A DNA stretch of 32,000 bases from Caedibacter taeniospiralis (GTDB taxonomy: Bacteria > Pseudomonadota > Gammaproteobacteria > Francisellales > Francisellaceae). Every line of letters begins with the position of its first letter. Position 1 is the first letter of the stretch. The stretch is from assembly GCF_002803295.2 (NCBI RefSeq), contig NZ_PGGB02000007.1, positions 57,414-89,413 on the forward strand, in the 5' to 3' direction. The notes below the pieces were generated by a model. That model had not been told where the DNA came from, did no database searches, and was given only the letters and a program-made list of their open reading frames with translations. A program made the translations under genes and the position numbers. Of this stretch, positions 1-10,548 are shown piece after piece.

Positions 1-256
1 ATTTGCATGCTTAAGCTCAATAAAGATAAGCAAAAGAGTGATCTAATTGTCTTTTTCATAGTAGGGCTCCTTACACGATCAATGCTATTTAGTTTCGTCT
101 CCTGACGTGCTAACAGATATAAGCCATAAAATTAAAATATGCTACTGTGATCATCGGAAAATTTAGCTTTCTGTCCGAACTCCAGTTATTTATTCTCAAC
201 AACCTTAAAAGTTGAACTGTTGCTTATTGCAGCTTAATGATAAAATGCCAATAGAT

Positions 257-1255
257 TCAGTCATGCGAGGTGAAAAGATGAGATTTTTAGATATTCGCAC
301 CGATTTTGCGTTCAAAAAAGTGTTCGGCAGCGAAGGCAGTAAACCGCGTCTTATTTCATTTTTAAATTCGGTGATTCAATTTGAGGGTGATGCTAAGATA
401 ACCGATTTAACGATCGTTGATCCTTATAACATCCCACTGCTAAAGGGAATGAAGGACAGCTTTGTAGATGTCAAAGCCGTACTTGATAATGGCTGCAAAG
501 TAATCATTGAAATGCAGGTTTTGTCACATGCGGGGCTGGAAAAAAGGATTCTCTATAACGCAGCAAAGAATTACTCGACACAGCTTTTGGAAGGGGAAAA
601 GTATCATTTGTTAAATCCCATTATTGCGCTGACCATCGTTGATTTTATGATGTTCGAAGACAATACCAGACTCATTTCAAACTTTAAGCTTCTGGAAAAG
701 GAAGAGTTTATCACCTACAACGATGATCTTGAGCTTATTTTTATTGAATTGCCAAAATTTACTAAAACATTGGAAGAGCTAAAAAACATCCAGGATCAAT
801 GGCTCTATTTTATTAAAAATGCAGGGAGTCTTGCGCATATTCCGCACAACCTGAGCACCGAGGTTATCTCGGCATTTGATATCAGCAATACCGCAGCTAT
901 GACTGAGGAAGAACTTGAAGTTCAGTACAAGAAAAAAGAGTTTATTATCGTGCAAAAGGAAATTGCCGAGGAGAGGGAAAAGGCTGAAAAAAAGGCAAGT
1001 CAGGCAGAGGAAAAAGCGAGAAAAGCAGAGGCTAAAGCAATAGAAGCAGAAAAAAAAGCAAGAAAAGCGGAGGAGAAAGCAAGAAAAGCGGAGGAGAAAG
1101 CAAGAAAAGAGCGTAAAGAAGGGGTAAAAGAAGGAAAGGCACAAGTACAAATTGACATTGCCAAACAACTTAAAGCAGCGGGTATGGGTAATGCGGAGAT
1201 TTCTGCCATGACTGGTTTGTCGGTTGAAGCGGTGAGCCAATTAAACCAAGACTGA
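257..1255 (+). CDS. Rpn-family recombination-promoting nuclease / PD-(D/E)XK nuclease family transposase, with Lys/Glu/Ala coiled-coil C-terminal region
   Basis: ORF 212..1255. MRFLDIRTDFAFKKVFGSEGSKPRLISFLNSVI and VIIEMQVLSHAGLEKRILYNAAKNYSTQL are typical of this family. Likely start is an internal Met (MRGEKMRFLDI), so the start coordinate is approximate. Confidence 0.88.
   Translation, partial: SVMRGEKMRFLDIRTDFAFKKVFGSEGSKPRLISFLNSVIQFEGDAKITDLTIVDPYNIPLLKGMKDSFVDVKAVLDNGCKVIIEMQVLSHAGLEKRILYNAAKNYSTQLLEGEKYHLLNPIIALTIVDFMMFEDNTRLISNFKLLEKEEFITYNDDLELIFIELPKFTKTLEELKNIQDQWLYFIKNAGSLAHIPHNLSTEVISAFDISNTAAMTEEELEVQYKKKEFIIVQKEIAEEREKAEKKASQAEEKARKAEAKAIEAEKKARKAEEKARKAEEKARKERKEGVKEGKAQVQIDIAKQLKAAGMGNAEISAMTGLSVEAVSQLNQD
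1061..1120 (+). repeat. ~21-nt tandem repeat (agcaagaaaagcggaggagaa, nearly 3 copies) encoding KARKAEE heptads
   Basis: Exact nucleotide repetition inside the 3' part of the Rpn-like gene; protein reads KARKAEEKARKAEEKARK. Confidence 0.8.
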
Positions 1256-1321
1256 GTTTTTACTCTAGCCCAAAACGCTCAACATTGAATGCTTCAGGTC
1301 GAGCTTAGACCACCCCATCAA

Positions 1322-1636
1322 TCAAAATTCTTCGCAAATGGTTTGATCATTGCCCAAAACAAGTCCTCTTTGTTGGGCAATTTTGCTAAGCTTCATCATT
1401 TTAGCGTGATAAGAATCATTGTCGTTGCGTTTTCTAAATGTTGCTGGCTTTTCAGTGTAAGGGTTGAACATAAAAAATTGATGCGTACCCCGGCTGATAT
1501 TGCATGTACGAATATGAGCAACCTTAGTTGCTTCCTTCCAATCTGTACTTTGTATATCTAAGATACATTCTGCAAAGACGCTGCCACTTAAGGTCAATGC
1601 CAGCAAGATTGAAAGTAAGTTGTTTTTAATATTCAT
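1322..1636 (-). CDS. Small secreted hypothetical protein (signal peptide, several Cys)
   Basis: 104 aa ORF starting MNIKNNLLSILLALTLSGSVFAE, a clear signal peptide; no known domain recognised. Confidence 0.6.
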   Translation of the reverse strand: MNIKNNLLSILLALTLSGSVFAECILDIQSTDWKEATKVAHIRTCNISRGTHQFFMFNPYTEKPATFRKRNDNDSYHAKMMKLSKIAQQRGLVLGNDQTICEEF

Positions 1637-1798
1637 TTTGTTGTCTCCACTGGTGCTGTTTTTTTGACCATCTCATTATATGGTTTAAAAGATAATCTAA
1701 TTAAGAGGAATATTTGACCTTTGAAGGAAATTTTTCCCCTGGTTGATGGATCGATTAAGCAGGTTGTAATAAACTACCCCATCCCTGGGCATTGATTA

Positions 1799-2380
1799 TT
1801 AGCTTTGTGATTCAAAGCAGTAGACAGGTCTTGCGTAGGTAGCGCCACAAGAGGAGTTGAAGCTGCCACCGTCACCGTAAATGTAAGCAGTCCAGTTGCC
1901 ATTAGTGAAGGCTTGTCGTCCCCAGTTTGCCTTTGCTCCCGCACCACTACTTGGTGTGGTGTTAGAAAGTGATGTCCAGTTGTTACAAGAGGCAAAGTTA
2001 TCAAGACCGGTAAAGGTACCATCTACATTTGTAGCCGCTTTAACCCCCGCACCAGGAGAACCTGAGCGTGGATCATTGATTGCATTCACGAGATTGCCAC
2101 TTAACAAAGTTCCAGTGGGAGCAATCGGCAAGTTGTAATTCCAGTTTGCGGTGTAGGATAGTAGATTATTGTAACCGATATTATCCCTGGCATTCATTCC
2201 AGAATCACTTAACCAGGCTTTAAATATGCCACCGTCGTTTGGATTATTTTGATCGTTGGCACAAATACTATTGGCTTTTGCCACAGGAGTCGTCCCCGTA
2301 GCCGCAGTTGCGCCTTTGTTTAACATCCAGGCATTGTTATCCCCACTGACAACGCTATAAGACGTAAACACACGACACAC
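1799..2380 (-). CDS. DUF1554-like C-terminal domain, in frame with the upstream lipoprotein ORF across one TGA
   Basis: RVFTSYSVVSGDNNAW...ANSICANDQ...GGIFKAWLSDS...YCFE resembles the DUF1554 pattern (IFVTS...ADAIC...YKAWLSD...YC). Same frame as 2381..5668. The only nominal start is a GTG directly after the TGA. Confidence 0.6.
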   Translation of the reverse strand: MCRVFTSYSVVSGDNNAWMLNKGATAATGTTPVAKANSICANDQNNPNDGGIFKAWLSDSGMNARDNIGYNNLLSYTANWNYNLPIAPTGTLLSGNLVNAINDPRSGSPGAGVKAATNVDGTFTGLDNFASCNNWTSLSNTTPSSGAGAKANWGRQAFTNGNWTAYIYGDGGSFNSSCGATYARPVYCFESQS

Positions 2381-5300
2381 TCAACTATACGCGCAACCGA
2401 CAGCAGCTTTGAAGCTCGCGTTATTATTGCTTAAACTTGACACGTCTGCAGAGCTCGTAAAGGTATAGTTTCCATCGACGTTAGCAACATCCAGGTCAAA
2501 GCTACAGCTTGAGTGTGCCGCGATTGTGGTGCCGCAGGTGTCATTACTGACGGTCAAATCACTACTTTGTCCTGAAGTATTAAGCGTCAGTCCCGTGACG
2601 TCAGTATCCCCTTTATTCTCCAAGGTAATGCTGTTGACAACCGCATCGGGGTTTAAAGCGGTGGTACGCTTGGGTAAATTCAAGGGGCTACTTGTTGTAT
2701 TCAAACCAGAGCCTGTGCTTGCAGCTGAATAGGCAAGATAGCCTAAAGAAGAGTCGACACTAAAGTCTACAGGTAAACTATCGGCAGAAAGGTTCTTGTG
2801 TGCTCTTAAAGTTAGCGCATAGCTTGCTCGCATGCTTGTTTCATTAGTTTGAATCCCAATAGTACAGCTTGCATTAGCGGCTACCGAAGTCCCTGTGAGA
2901 CAACTTACGCCTGAGCTCGGTGCAACAATGGTCACGTTTGCCGTATCGCAGGTATCCAGTCCATTTGCCACACAGCTGATCACATAATCAGAGGAGGTAG
3001 TTGAAGGCTCCCATGCGGTTTGGGTGTTGGTGTTGGTAATACTCACATCGGTAACCTGATTGCCTGTCGCAGGACGTCTGATGCTACCAGCATCACCGAT
3101 AGCGCCAGGCGTCACTGTCACCCCCGCGACATTAACCTGCATTTGTGTGTTGCCATCACAGTTGGCACAGTTTTCAGCATCCCCAAATGCCGCATAATGA
3201 TAAGCGCCATCGGTAACTGAATTATCAGCAGAAACCTCAAAGCTGCAACTGCTCCCTGAGGCAAGCGTTGTTGGTGAGCTTTGACTACCACAATTGTTGT
3301 TAGCTGTAGTTAGTTCAGCAGGTTCAGTAAGATAGAAGTTAGTAATATCGGTGTTTCCTGAGTTATTTACCGTGACCGTTTGTACTATAGGATTCGAGCC
3401 CTTACCAATATTGGCGATTTGCGGCGCAAAGCTCACAAAGCCCATATTATCGATTACATCAAAAATGACAGATTGGGCAGAAGCGAGGTTGGTTGCCTGG
3501 CGGATATTTAAAGCGTAACTGCCGACATTAGCAGAAGATTCTACCTGTAATCCTAAGGCGCATGTACCACCCGCGGAAACAACCCCACCTGCTAAGCAAT
3601 AAGCTTGTGACAATCCCGTACCAACCATGGAGATTCCTGTGGTATCAGTACCTGTCAGTTGATAATCCTCGACATTGGTAGATGGGTGCCAGTCGAAGCC
3701 TGAGTTATTGGTAATCAATACTTCGGTAATACTATTCCCACTCATAGGCACGGAAATGGCAGCTACTGGCGCAATTGAAAGATTGACACCTGTCACAATG
3801 ACGGGGATGGTATGAGAGACGGCTTGTGCACCCGAGGTTCCATCAGCACTGATGATGAAATTGCCAGCACCCATGCCATCAGGCGCATTCACGCTAAAGC
3901 TGCAACTGGCATCTGGGACTAAGGTGCTACCCGTACAGCTGTCGTCTGTTTTTGTCAGTGGCGATGGGATATTAACAGCCACGCCACTAATAGGCGTCTG
4001 CCCAATATTGTTAAGCGTGATGGCTTGACTGCCACCAATTTGGAGGCTGGTGCTTGCAATTTGGGTACTCCCATCACTAAACTGAAATTTCCCGACAGCA
4101 CCTTTGACAGAAAAGCTTTTAGTCTGCTGAGTCGTAAGATTTTGCGCAGGGGTAAGCGTTAGTGTGTAGTCACCAGGTGCTGTATTGATATTGGTTTCGA
4201 TCGCTAAATCACAGCTTGCCCCAGGGACGACAGGAGTACCAGATAAACAGCTACTGCCTAAGCTTGCGCCAAGCACTTCGATATTTTCTGCCGCTAGCGT
4301 TTGGTCCTCTGGGCTTATGAGATAATTTTCAGGGAGGTTGGAAGGTACCCAGTTGAATTTACCGGTATTACTAATGCTCACATGGATCACCTCTTGACCT
4401 GATTCAGGAACACGTAAGGCATCACTCGTACCAACAGTGCCAATGCTTATTTCGGCAGGAGCTACATTTACACTCGCCTGACTGATAAAGCTATTGCCAG
4501 CACTGTCGCTGTAATGAATGCTAAGCGACTTATTGCTTTGAGGTTGGGCGGTGGCATCGACGTGTAATATAATCGTGCAGCTATCGTTGGTCTCACCACT
4601 TGCAGCCAATTGATGACCATCGACACATGTGCCACCTAGCTGATGAACGTCACTAGGCAAATCAAGCTGAATGCCTGGGGTTTCAATAGTCAGTACAGTA
4701 TTGGCAAGATTCGTGAAGGTAAGCGTTTCAAAACCAGCAGGATCAGTTAAAGTGGCACTGCTATCTAGTTTTCCTGGTACGGCTGAAATCTCAATCGCTG
4801 GAGAAATTTTATTTCTTAAGTTCGCAGCAGTGACGCTTACTGTCTTAGAAATCGGGTTATTGGTCAGCTCAGCATAATGCGCTAAGATGGCATCACTGAT
4901 ATTACTGCCTCCTGGAAGATCAAAGCTTATGACCGCTGATTGTCCAGGAGATAAGTTTTCAGCACGACCGTCTTTACTGTAAAGAATGCTTCTTGAGCCA
5001 TCTAAATTGTGTGTAAGCACGGCACTTTTTAGATTTTGCATACTATCGGCCAGCCAATCAGGCACTCTGATGCTCACGTTATTTAAAGCAACAGTGTTTT
5101 CCGCTGGGTTTAACAGGGTGATCGTCGTCGTGCTGTCAGGAGCAATTGCAGTGACGTTTGTGACTTCAGCCAATGGTAAGGCAGTGTTTCCAGCACCAAC
5201 AAATTGGATTTTAACTGGTAGACTGATGGTTTGTGAGTTGGTTTTAACTTGAATATTACCATCCACCTTCGCACCATCGCTGTTACTTTCAACCAAAGCC

Positions 5301-5668
5301 TTAATCGCGCAACTTGGTTGTGCTGATGATAAAGCCAGTCCTGCTTTACAGTCTGGTAAGCCTGTGGTGTTCTCAATTTGTGTCCACAAAACGCCGCTTG
5401 CGGCTGGAAAATCAATGGCACTGATTGTGCTGCCTGTTTCTCCCGCGCCAAGTGCCAATGCGGCGGCTTGACTGCCTGTATTCACGACAGCCTCAAAAAC
5501 ACCTGCTTGATTAGTAACCATTGTTTCAGGCAGGCTGCTGAAAGTACTTAGGTTGATTGGCTCGGAACTGCTTGAGTCTGAGGAGCTGCTGGAGCTACCT
5601 CCACAACCTGCGAGTAATCCCAAGAGACTTGCACTAGTTAATAGGGAAATAAGTTTACGTTTTTTCAT
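2381..5668 (-). CDS. Large lipoprotein of repeated Ig-like/choice-of-anchor-type domains
   Basis: 1095 aa. Lipobox SLLGLLAGCGG followed by poly-Ser. Repeated modules of the type NTG...V...P....DDSC.GSTL.PDASCSFSV. Confidence 0.8.
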   Translation of the reverse strand: MKKRKLISLLTSASLLGLLAGCGGSSSSSSDSSSSEPINLSTFSSLPETMVTNQAGVFEAVVNTGSQAAALALGAGETGSTISAIDFPAASGVLWTQIENTTGLPDCKAGLALSSAQPSCAIKALVESNSDGAKVDGNIQVKTNSQTISLPVKIQFVGAGNTALPLAEVTNVTAIAPDSTTTITLLNPAENTVALNNVSIRVPDWLADSMQNLKSAVLTHNLDGSRSILYSKDGRAENLSPGQSAVISFDLPGGSNISDAILAHYAELTNNPISKTVSVTAANLRNKISPAIEISAVPGKLDSSATLTDPAGFETLTFTNLANTVLTIETPGIQLDLPSDVHQLGGTCVDGHQLAASGETNDSCTIILHVDATAQPQSNKSLSIHYSDSAGNSFISQASVNVAPAEISIGTVGTSDALRVPESGQEVIHVSISNTGKFNWVPSNLPENYLISPEDQTLAAENIEVLGASLGSSCLSGTPVVPGASCDLAIETNINTAPGDYTLTLTPAQNLTTQQTKSFSVKGAVGKFQFSDGSTQIASTSLQIGGSQAITLNNIGQTPISGVAVNIPSPLTKTDDSCTGSTLVPDASCSFSVNAPDGMGAGNFIISADGTSGAQAVSHTIPVIVTGVNLSIAPVAAISVPMSGNSITEVLITNNSGFDWHPSTNVEDYQLTGTDTTGISMVGTGLSQAYCLAGGVVSAGGTCALGLQVESSANVGSYALNIRQATNLASAQSVIFDVIDNMGFVSFAPQIANIGKGSNPIVQTVTVNNSGNTDITNFYLTEPAELTTANNNCGSQSSPTTLASGSSCSFEVSADNSVTDGAYHYAAFGDAENCANCDGNTQMQVNVAGVTVTPGAIGDAGSIRRPATGNQVTDVSITNTNTQTAWEPSTTSSDYVISCVANGLDTCDTANVTIVAPSSGVSCLTGTSVAANASCTIGIQTNETSMRASYALTLRAHKNLSADSLPVDFSVDSSLGYLAYSAASTGSGLNTTSSPLNLPKRTTALNPDAVVNSITLENKGDTDVTGLTLNTSGQSSDLTVSNDTCGTTIAAHSSCSFDLDVANVDGNYTFTSSADVSSLSNNNASFKAAVGCAYS

Positions 5669-6059
5669 GGTTTTCTCCTTTTTGGTTTATCTGGGGTGAC
5701 AATTTAAATTACACTCTTTTATTGATCGTTTTTTGTCACAAGCACATAATACGTACAGATAAACCGTTAAAAAAGTATATATTTTGATCTACAGTGGTAA
5801 TAATTACCATCATAAGGATTAAGATAGTGCTTAGACAAAAATCTGGAAAACCATTCAATTAAAAATTATGGTATGTGCTGCTGCGCTTGACATCCTTAAT
5901 ACCTAGTCACTACACTCAACGCCAGAGGTTAAAGTATATGACCTCGTCAGTTGTCCGAAACTCAGCTTTGCGTTATGTTTACGCTTGAAGCTGGCAATTA
6001 TACATTGAAGGTTGTTGTGTTTTGGACGTTCATCGTAACCATATAGAAGGATTTAAATA

Positions 6060-6551
6060 ATGAAAACTAGATCACTAATGATGCTCATTGCTATGAGCTT
6101 AAGCACCGCCGCGTTTGCTATAGAGAACCAAACGATCCCAAGAATGCAAGTAGGAATCAGTGTACCTGGAGATGTACTATATTCTTTTACGGTTAAAGGT
6201 TATTCCAGGTCATCTCCACCTATGGCAGTAGGTGCTCGACATTCATCTAGCGTTACTGTAGGAGCAGATCAGTTTCCCCTTAAAGCTAGTATTGTTAAAG
6301 ATAAGATGCACTTAAGCGTTGACGGGACGATTGTTAATGGAGGAAAAGATATGGGCTTTACTTTAAGTGAGGACACACTTGATTATAAGCTGTATCTAAA
6401 GTGCAATGCTGACTGGTTAAACTTAAACGCTGCTATGCCTGTGACATGCCCGATCAAGCTTGACGGTGTTGCATCTGCTATTATTCAGGTTTGTCGTATC
6501 AATGACAGCACGTGTGATGGACAAATAAAACCTGCGCAACAAGGTATATAA
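6060..6551 (+). CDS. Secreted hypothetical protein with conserved-looking Cys residues
   Basis: 163 aa ORF with signal peptide MKTRSLMMLIAMSLSTAAFA, preceded by an aaggat-like RBS. Confidence 0.65.
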   Translation: MKTRSLMMLIAMSLSTAAFAIENQTIPRMQVGISVPGDVLYSFTVKGYSRSSPPMAVGARHSSSVTVGADQFPLKASIVKDKMHLSVDGTIVNGGKDMGFTLSEDTLDYKLYLKCNADWLNLNAAMPVTCPIKLDGVASAIIQVCRINDSTCDGQIKPAQQGI

Positions 6552-6639
6552 GAACGTACAAACTCAGAGAGAACTTTAAATTTTGTAATCTCAAACCTCC
6601 TTTAGGAGAGAGCAAGGAATTCCTTACTGGCTTACACAT

Positions 6640-7587
6640 CTAACCTTCGAATGCACCAAAAGACATAAGTTTCTCGTAACGCCTGGCTAAACGCTCTTCA
6701 TTTGACAAGGCACTTAGCTCAGCTAATAAGCGCTGCAAAGCTAACTTGATTTCCTTGGCGGCTTCATTGATATTGCGATGCGCGCCACCTAATGGCTCTT
6801 TTATTACTTCGTCAATAATATTGTGTTCCTTGAGTCTTTTGGCAGTAATCCCCATAATTTCAGCGGCATCAGCCGCTTTTTCGGCTGTTTTCCACAAAAT
6901 AGACGCACAGCCTTCAGGTGAAATAGTCGCAAAATAGCTGTACTCCAGCATCACTAGCTTATCGCCAACCCCAATACCCAGAGCCCCTCCAGAGCAGCCT
7001 TCACCGATGACCACACAGATAATCGGCACATTTAATTTGGACATTTCCAGCAAATTCCTGGCGATTGCTTCACTTTGCCCACGCTCTTCAGCCTTAATCC
7101 CAGGATACGCTCCTGGGGTATCAATAAATGTGATCACTGGCACATTAAACTTCTCCGCCAGCTTCATGAGTCGAAGTGCCTTACGATACCCTTCAGGGTG
7201 CATCATGCCAAAGTTATGCCTCAACTTATCTTTGGTTTTTCGCCCCTTCTCCTGCCCAATAACCATAACAGGCTGCTCACCAAGCTTAGCCAAACCACCG
7301 ATCACCGCTTTATCATCAGCAAAGGCACGGTCCCCATGCAAAGCTTGAAAGTCGGTAAATATCTTTTTTAACAAATCCAAAAAATAGGGTCGCTCAGGAT
7401 GGCGAGCCAGCTGAATAATCTGCCAATCAGTTAATGAACTATAGATTTTCTTCATTAAATCAGCAGTCTTTAGCTGCAACTTTTGGATTTCATGCTGGAC
7501 TTCTTCACTATGTGCATTTGACTTAGCCAGTGCTTCTATCTTTGCTTCTAACTCAGCAATGGGTTTTTCAAATTCAAGAAATTGCAT
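6640..7587 (-). CDS. accA: Acetyl-CoA carboxylase carboxyltransferase subunit alpha
   Basis: [18 protein letters not shown] start; [28 protein letters not shown]; [15 protein letters not shown]. Start taken at MQFLEFEK (ORF extends to 7608). Confidence 0.96.
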   Translation of the reverse strand: MQFLEFEKPIAELEAKIEALAKSNAHSEEVQHEIQKLQLKTADLMKKIYSSLTDWQIIQLARHPERPYFLDLLKKIFTDFQALHGDRAFADDKAVIGGLAKLGEQPVMVIGQEKGRKTKDKLRHNFGMMHPEGYRKALRLMKLAEKFNVPVITFIDTPGAYPGIKAEERGQSEAIARNLLEMSKLNVPIICVVIGEGCSGGALGIGVGDKLVMLEYSYFATISPEGCASILWKTAEKAADAAEIMGITAKRLKEHNIIDEVIKEPLGGAHRNINEAAKEIKLALQRLLAELSALSNEERLARRYEKLMSFGAFEG

Positions 7588-7600
7588 ATACTTTCCTATC

Positions 7601-8905
7601 CTAGTCAATTTGACGCTTACAATACGTTTCTTTAATCAAGAATGCAAACATAATACTAATGATAAAGCCAATTAGCAAAATGCCCATACCAAAATCAAGC
7701 CCAGGTGCAGCCATGTCCTCCAAACCTTTTGACTGATTAAACCAGCTGGTAAGCATACCAAACAGAGGCATAGCAATAACACCACCCCACAACAGTGAGT
7801 TCATCGATACAATGCTCGTTGCAACGGCATTGTTTTTCATCGGATTAGTCTCGCCGACAAATGGGTAAGCTATGGCTTGCGCGCTTGTAACAAAACCAAG
7901 CAGGAAGAAGAGGACTGATAATTGAGTAACACTCACCGTGCAAAACATAATCGCAGAGATAATGACCACCGAGCCAATCCCACCCAAAATCAACGGTTGT
8001 TTACGCCGACACATTCGTTCTGTGAACCAGCCCCAAAATGGATAAGCAAAAATCATCCCTAAGAAAATGTACCCTGTGATAGAGCGAGCTTCAAGTATAC
8101 TTACGCCATGCGTTTTTATTAAATACGCATTTGACCACATTCCTCCTAACATCCATGTACCAATATTGATTAAGCCAACGTAAATCCCCGCACACCAGTT
8201 TTGCGGTTTGGTTAATACCAGTTTTAATGTCTGTATAACCGATTCAGCTTTTAATGCCTCTGTTTGCACTTGACGAAACGCTATTAACTCTTTTGGGGTA
8301 TCCTGTACCAAAAGAAAAATAAGCACCGCAAGGCAAGCACCAAACAAGGCAATTACGTCCAAAGCATACTTTAAGCCTAAAAGATCAAGCAAGTAGCCAA
8401 CGGGCGCCTGAGCCACATACCCCCCCAACATTCCGATCGCAATAATAATGCCAATCACGAAACCCAAGCGATAAGAGGGAAACCAGTTTGTGGCAATGCG
8501 CACACAACCAATCAAGCTAAAGCTGGCACCAACGCCCATTAATAAGCGCGACGCGCCCATCACATAAATATTTGCTGTTAAGGTCATGACGAAAATACTT
8601 AGCGCACACACCAGTAATGCAATAGAGATGGCTAGCCGCGGTGAGAAACGATCTAAAATATAAGCAGCAGGAGTTAAACAGGCAATATTCGTGTAAAAAT
8701 ATAGGCTTGCAATAAAGCTCACACCAACGTGTGTCAAATCAGGATATGCTACTAAAATTGCTGGTGTTAACGTATTAAAGGCATTGCCTAAACCAAATTC
8801 AAAGAAAAAGAAGAAGGAAATTAAAATCACCACTGCCCAGGATTTTGCCAAGGACATTTGCGCGAGTTTCGTTTGATAAGATTCGGGGGTCATAGGCAGA
8901 TCCAA
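7601..8905 (-). CDS. Major facilitator superfamily transporter
   Basis: 434 aa with about 12 hydrophobic segments; YILDRFSPR loop, [12 protein letters not shown] mid loop. Confidence 0.88.
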   Translation of the reverse strand: MDLPMTPESYQTKLAQMSLAKSWAVVILISFFFFFEFGLGNAFNTLTPAILVAYPDLTHVGVSFIASLYFYTNIACLTPAAYILDRFSPRLAISIALLVCALSIFVMTLTANIYVMGASRLLMGVGASFSLIGCVRIATNWFPSYRLGFVIGIIIAIGMLGGYVAQAPVGYLLDLLGLKYALDVIALFGACLAVLIFLLVQDTPKELIAFRQVQTEALKAESVIQTLKLVLTKPQNWCAGIYVGLINIGTWMLGGMWSNAYLIKTHGVSILEARSITGYIFLGMIFAYPFWGWFTERMCRRKQPLILGGIGSVVIISAIMFCTVSVTQLSVLFFLLGFVTSAQAIAYPFVGETNPMKNNAVATSIVSMNSLLWGGVIAMPLFGMLTSWFNQSKGLEDMAAPGLDFGMGILLIGFIISIMFAFLIKETYCKRQID

Positions 8906-9081
8906 ATAGTCAGCTTTGTTCTTTTGAGGATGGTAAATATAACAAAAAAATAATTTTTTTACAGTTTCATTTTACGGCAGTGACTATATTTCCGCACATT
9001 ACCTAAGTGTGAGTTGTCAGTGTGACGGACACTGATTACTCACACCGACACACTTGGGCAAATTATTTGCACAAGCCCATT

Positions 9082-10548
9082 TTACTCACATCCTCCTACC
9101 GTAATTTCATCGATTTTTAAACTGGCTTGCCCCACACCTACAGGGACAGATTGTCCCTCCTTGCCACACACGCCAACGCCTTTATCCAAGGCAAAGTCGC
9201 TGCCGATCATTGAAATTTTTTGCATGATCTCAGGACCATGACCAATCAAAGAGGCACCCTTAACGGGATGCACAATTTTACCGTTTTTAATTAAATAAGC
9301 CTGATCCATGACAAATACAAATTGCCCTGAGGTGATATCAACCTGCCCCCCATTGAAGTGGGTTGCATAAATGCCATGATCAATGCTCCTGATCATGTCT
9401 TCAAGCGCATCCTCACCTCCTAACATATACGTGTTTGTCATTCTTGGCAGAGGCAGGTGCGCATAGGATTGTCTTCTGCCATTGCCTGTGGGAGTAACTC
9501 CAAATGCTTTAGCTGAAATTCGATCATGAATATAGCCTTTTAAAATGCCCTTTTCGATCAACACTGTTTTTTGTGTTGGCGTGCCTTCATCATCAAAATT
9601 AAGTGAACCACGACGATTGGCAATACAGCCTTCATCCATCACTGTACACTTTTCTGAAGCCACTTTTTGCCCAATTTTTCCCGAAAAATGTGAACTTTGT
9701 TTGCGGTTAAAATCTCCTTCCAAGCCGTGTCCTACCGCTTCATGCAGTAAAACTGCGGGCCAGCCAGAACCAAGTACCACTGGCATTTTTCCGCTAGGCG
9801 CGGGCTTCGCGATTAAATTTGTTTTTGCCCCTTGATAGGCTTCATCGACATAACTTCGCCATAAATCCTGCTCGGTAAAATAGTGATAATCATAACGTCC
9901 TCCACCACCCGCGGAAAAGCTCTCACGCTTACCCTCTTCACACATGATAAGACTCACATTCATTCTCACTAATGGGCGCACATCCATCACACAAAGCCCA
10001 TCGGTATTTAAGATCAAAATCATCTCAATATTTGAGGCAAGCGCCACGCTGACTTGCTCTATCTTTGAGTCCAACGATTTTGCGTAATGGTTGACTTGAT
10101 GCAACAGTGCAATTTTATCTTCTGCAGGCATACTGCTTAGCGGGGAGTTTGACAGGTAGTGTCTGATGGTATTGGGCGTTATCAGCCTTTCAATCTTATG
10201 CGAGTTGTTACTGTTTTTAAGTAAAAACAAAGAAGTTTTAATCAATTTCTCAATCGTCTCTATCTGCAAGTCATCGGCATAGGCAACACCAGTTTCGCCA
10301 TCAAATACCGCTCTGACCCCAATGCCTTGCTCAATTCCAAAACTGCCATGCTTGACAACGTTGTCCTCCAAAGCCCAACTCTCTGCCATGATTTTTTGCA
10401 AATACAAATCACCAAAATCAATGTGCTTTTGTGTAAATGTATTTAGCTGCGCTTTTAATTTTTCCAGACTCAGATTAAATGGCTGTAACAAATGTTCACT
10501 AATAATACGGTAATATTGATCTTGCATCTTATTCTCTAGGTTATTCAA
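9082..10548 (-). CDS. tldD: Metalloprotease TldD
   Basis: 488 aa; HEAVGHGLEGDFNRKQSSHFSGKIGQKVAS (HExxxH motif), GTPTQKTVLIEKGILKGYI, C-terminal VPVGVGQASLKIDEITVGG. Confidence 0.96.
   Translation of the reverse strand: MNNLENKMQDQYYRIISEHLLQPFNLSLEKLKAQLNTFTQKHIDFGDLYLQKIMAESWALEDNVVKHGSFGIEQGIGVRAVFDGETGVAYADDLQIETIEKLIKTSLFLLKNSNNSHKIERLITPNTIRHYLSNSPLSSMPAEDKIALLHQVNHYAKSLDSKIEQVSVALASNIEMILILNTDGLCVMDVRPLVRMNVSLIMCEEGKRESFSAGGGGRYDYHYFTEQDLWRSYVDEAYQGAKTNLIAKPAPSGKMPVVLGSGWPAVLLHEAVGHGLEGDFNRKQSSHFSGKIGQKVASEKCTVMDEGCIANRRGSLNFDDEGTPTQKTVLIEKGILKGYIHDRISAKAFGVTPTGNGRRQSYAHLPLPRMTNTYMLGGEDALEDMIRSIDHGIYATHFNGGQVDITSGQFVFVMDQAYLIKNGKIVHPVKGASLIGHGPEIMQKISMIGSDFALDKGVGVCGKEGQSVPVGVGQASLKIDEITVGGCE

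Noticed and set aside
779-1240. Minus-strand ORFs 779..1240 and 1000..1209
   Set aside because: They are antisense to the Rpn-like gene. Their Phe/Ser/Leu-rich translation is an artefact of the A/G-rich coiled-coil repeat.
2378-2380. GTG at 2380 as a genuine independent start
   Set aside because: It follows the stop codon directly with no separate RBS or leader, and the downstream domain continues the parent frame. It is more likely a split gene than an independent one.
2526-5451. ORFs antisense or in alternate frames within the lipoprotein gene (2526..2732, 3020..3220, 4671..4877, 4986..5252, 5110..5451)
   Set aside because: Shadow ORFs inside a well-supported long coding region.
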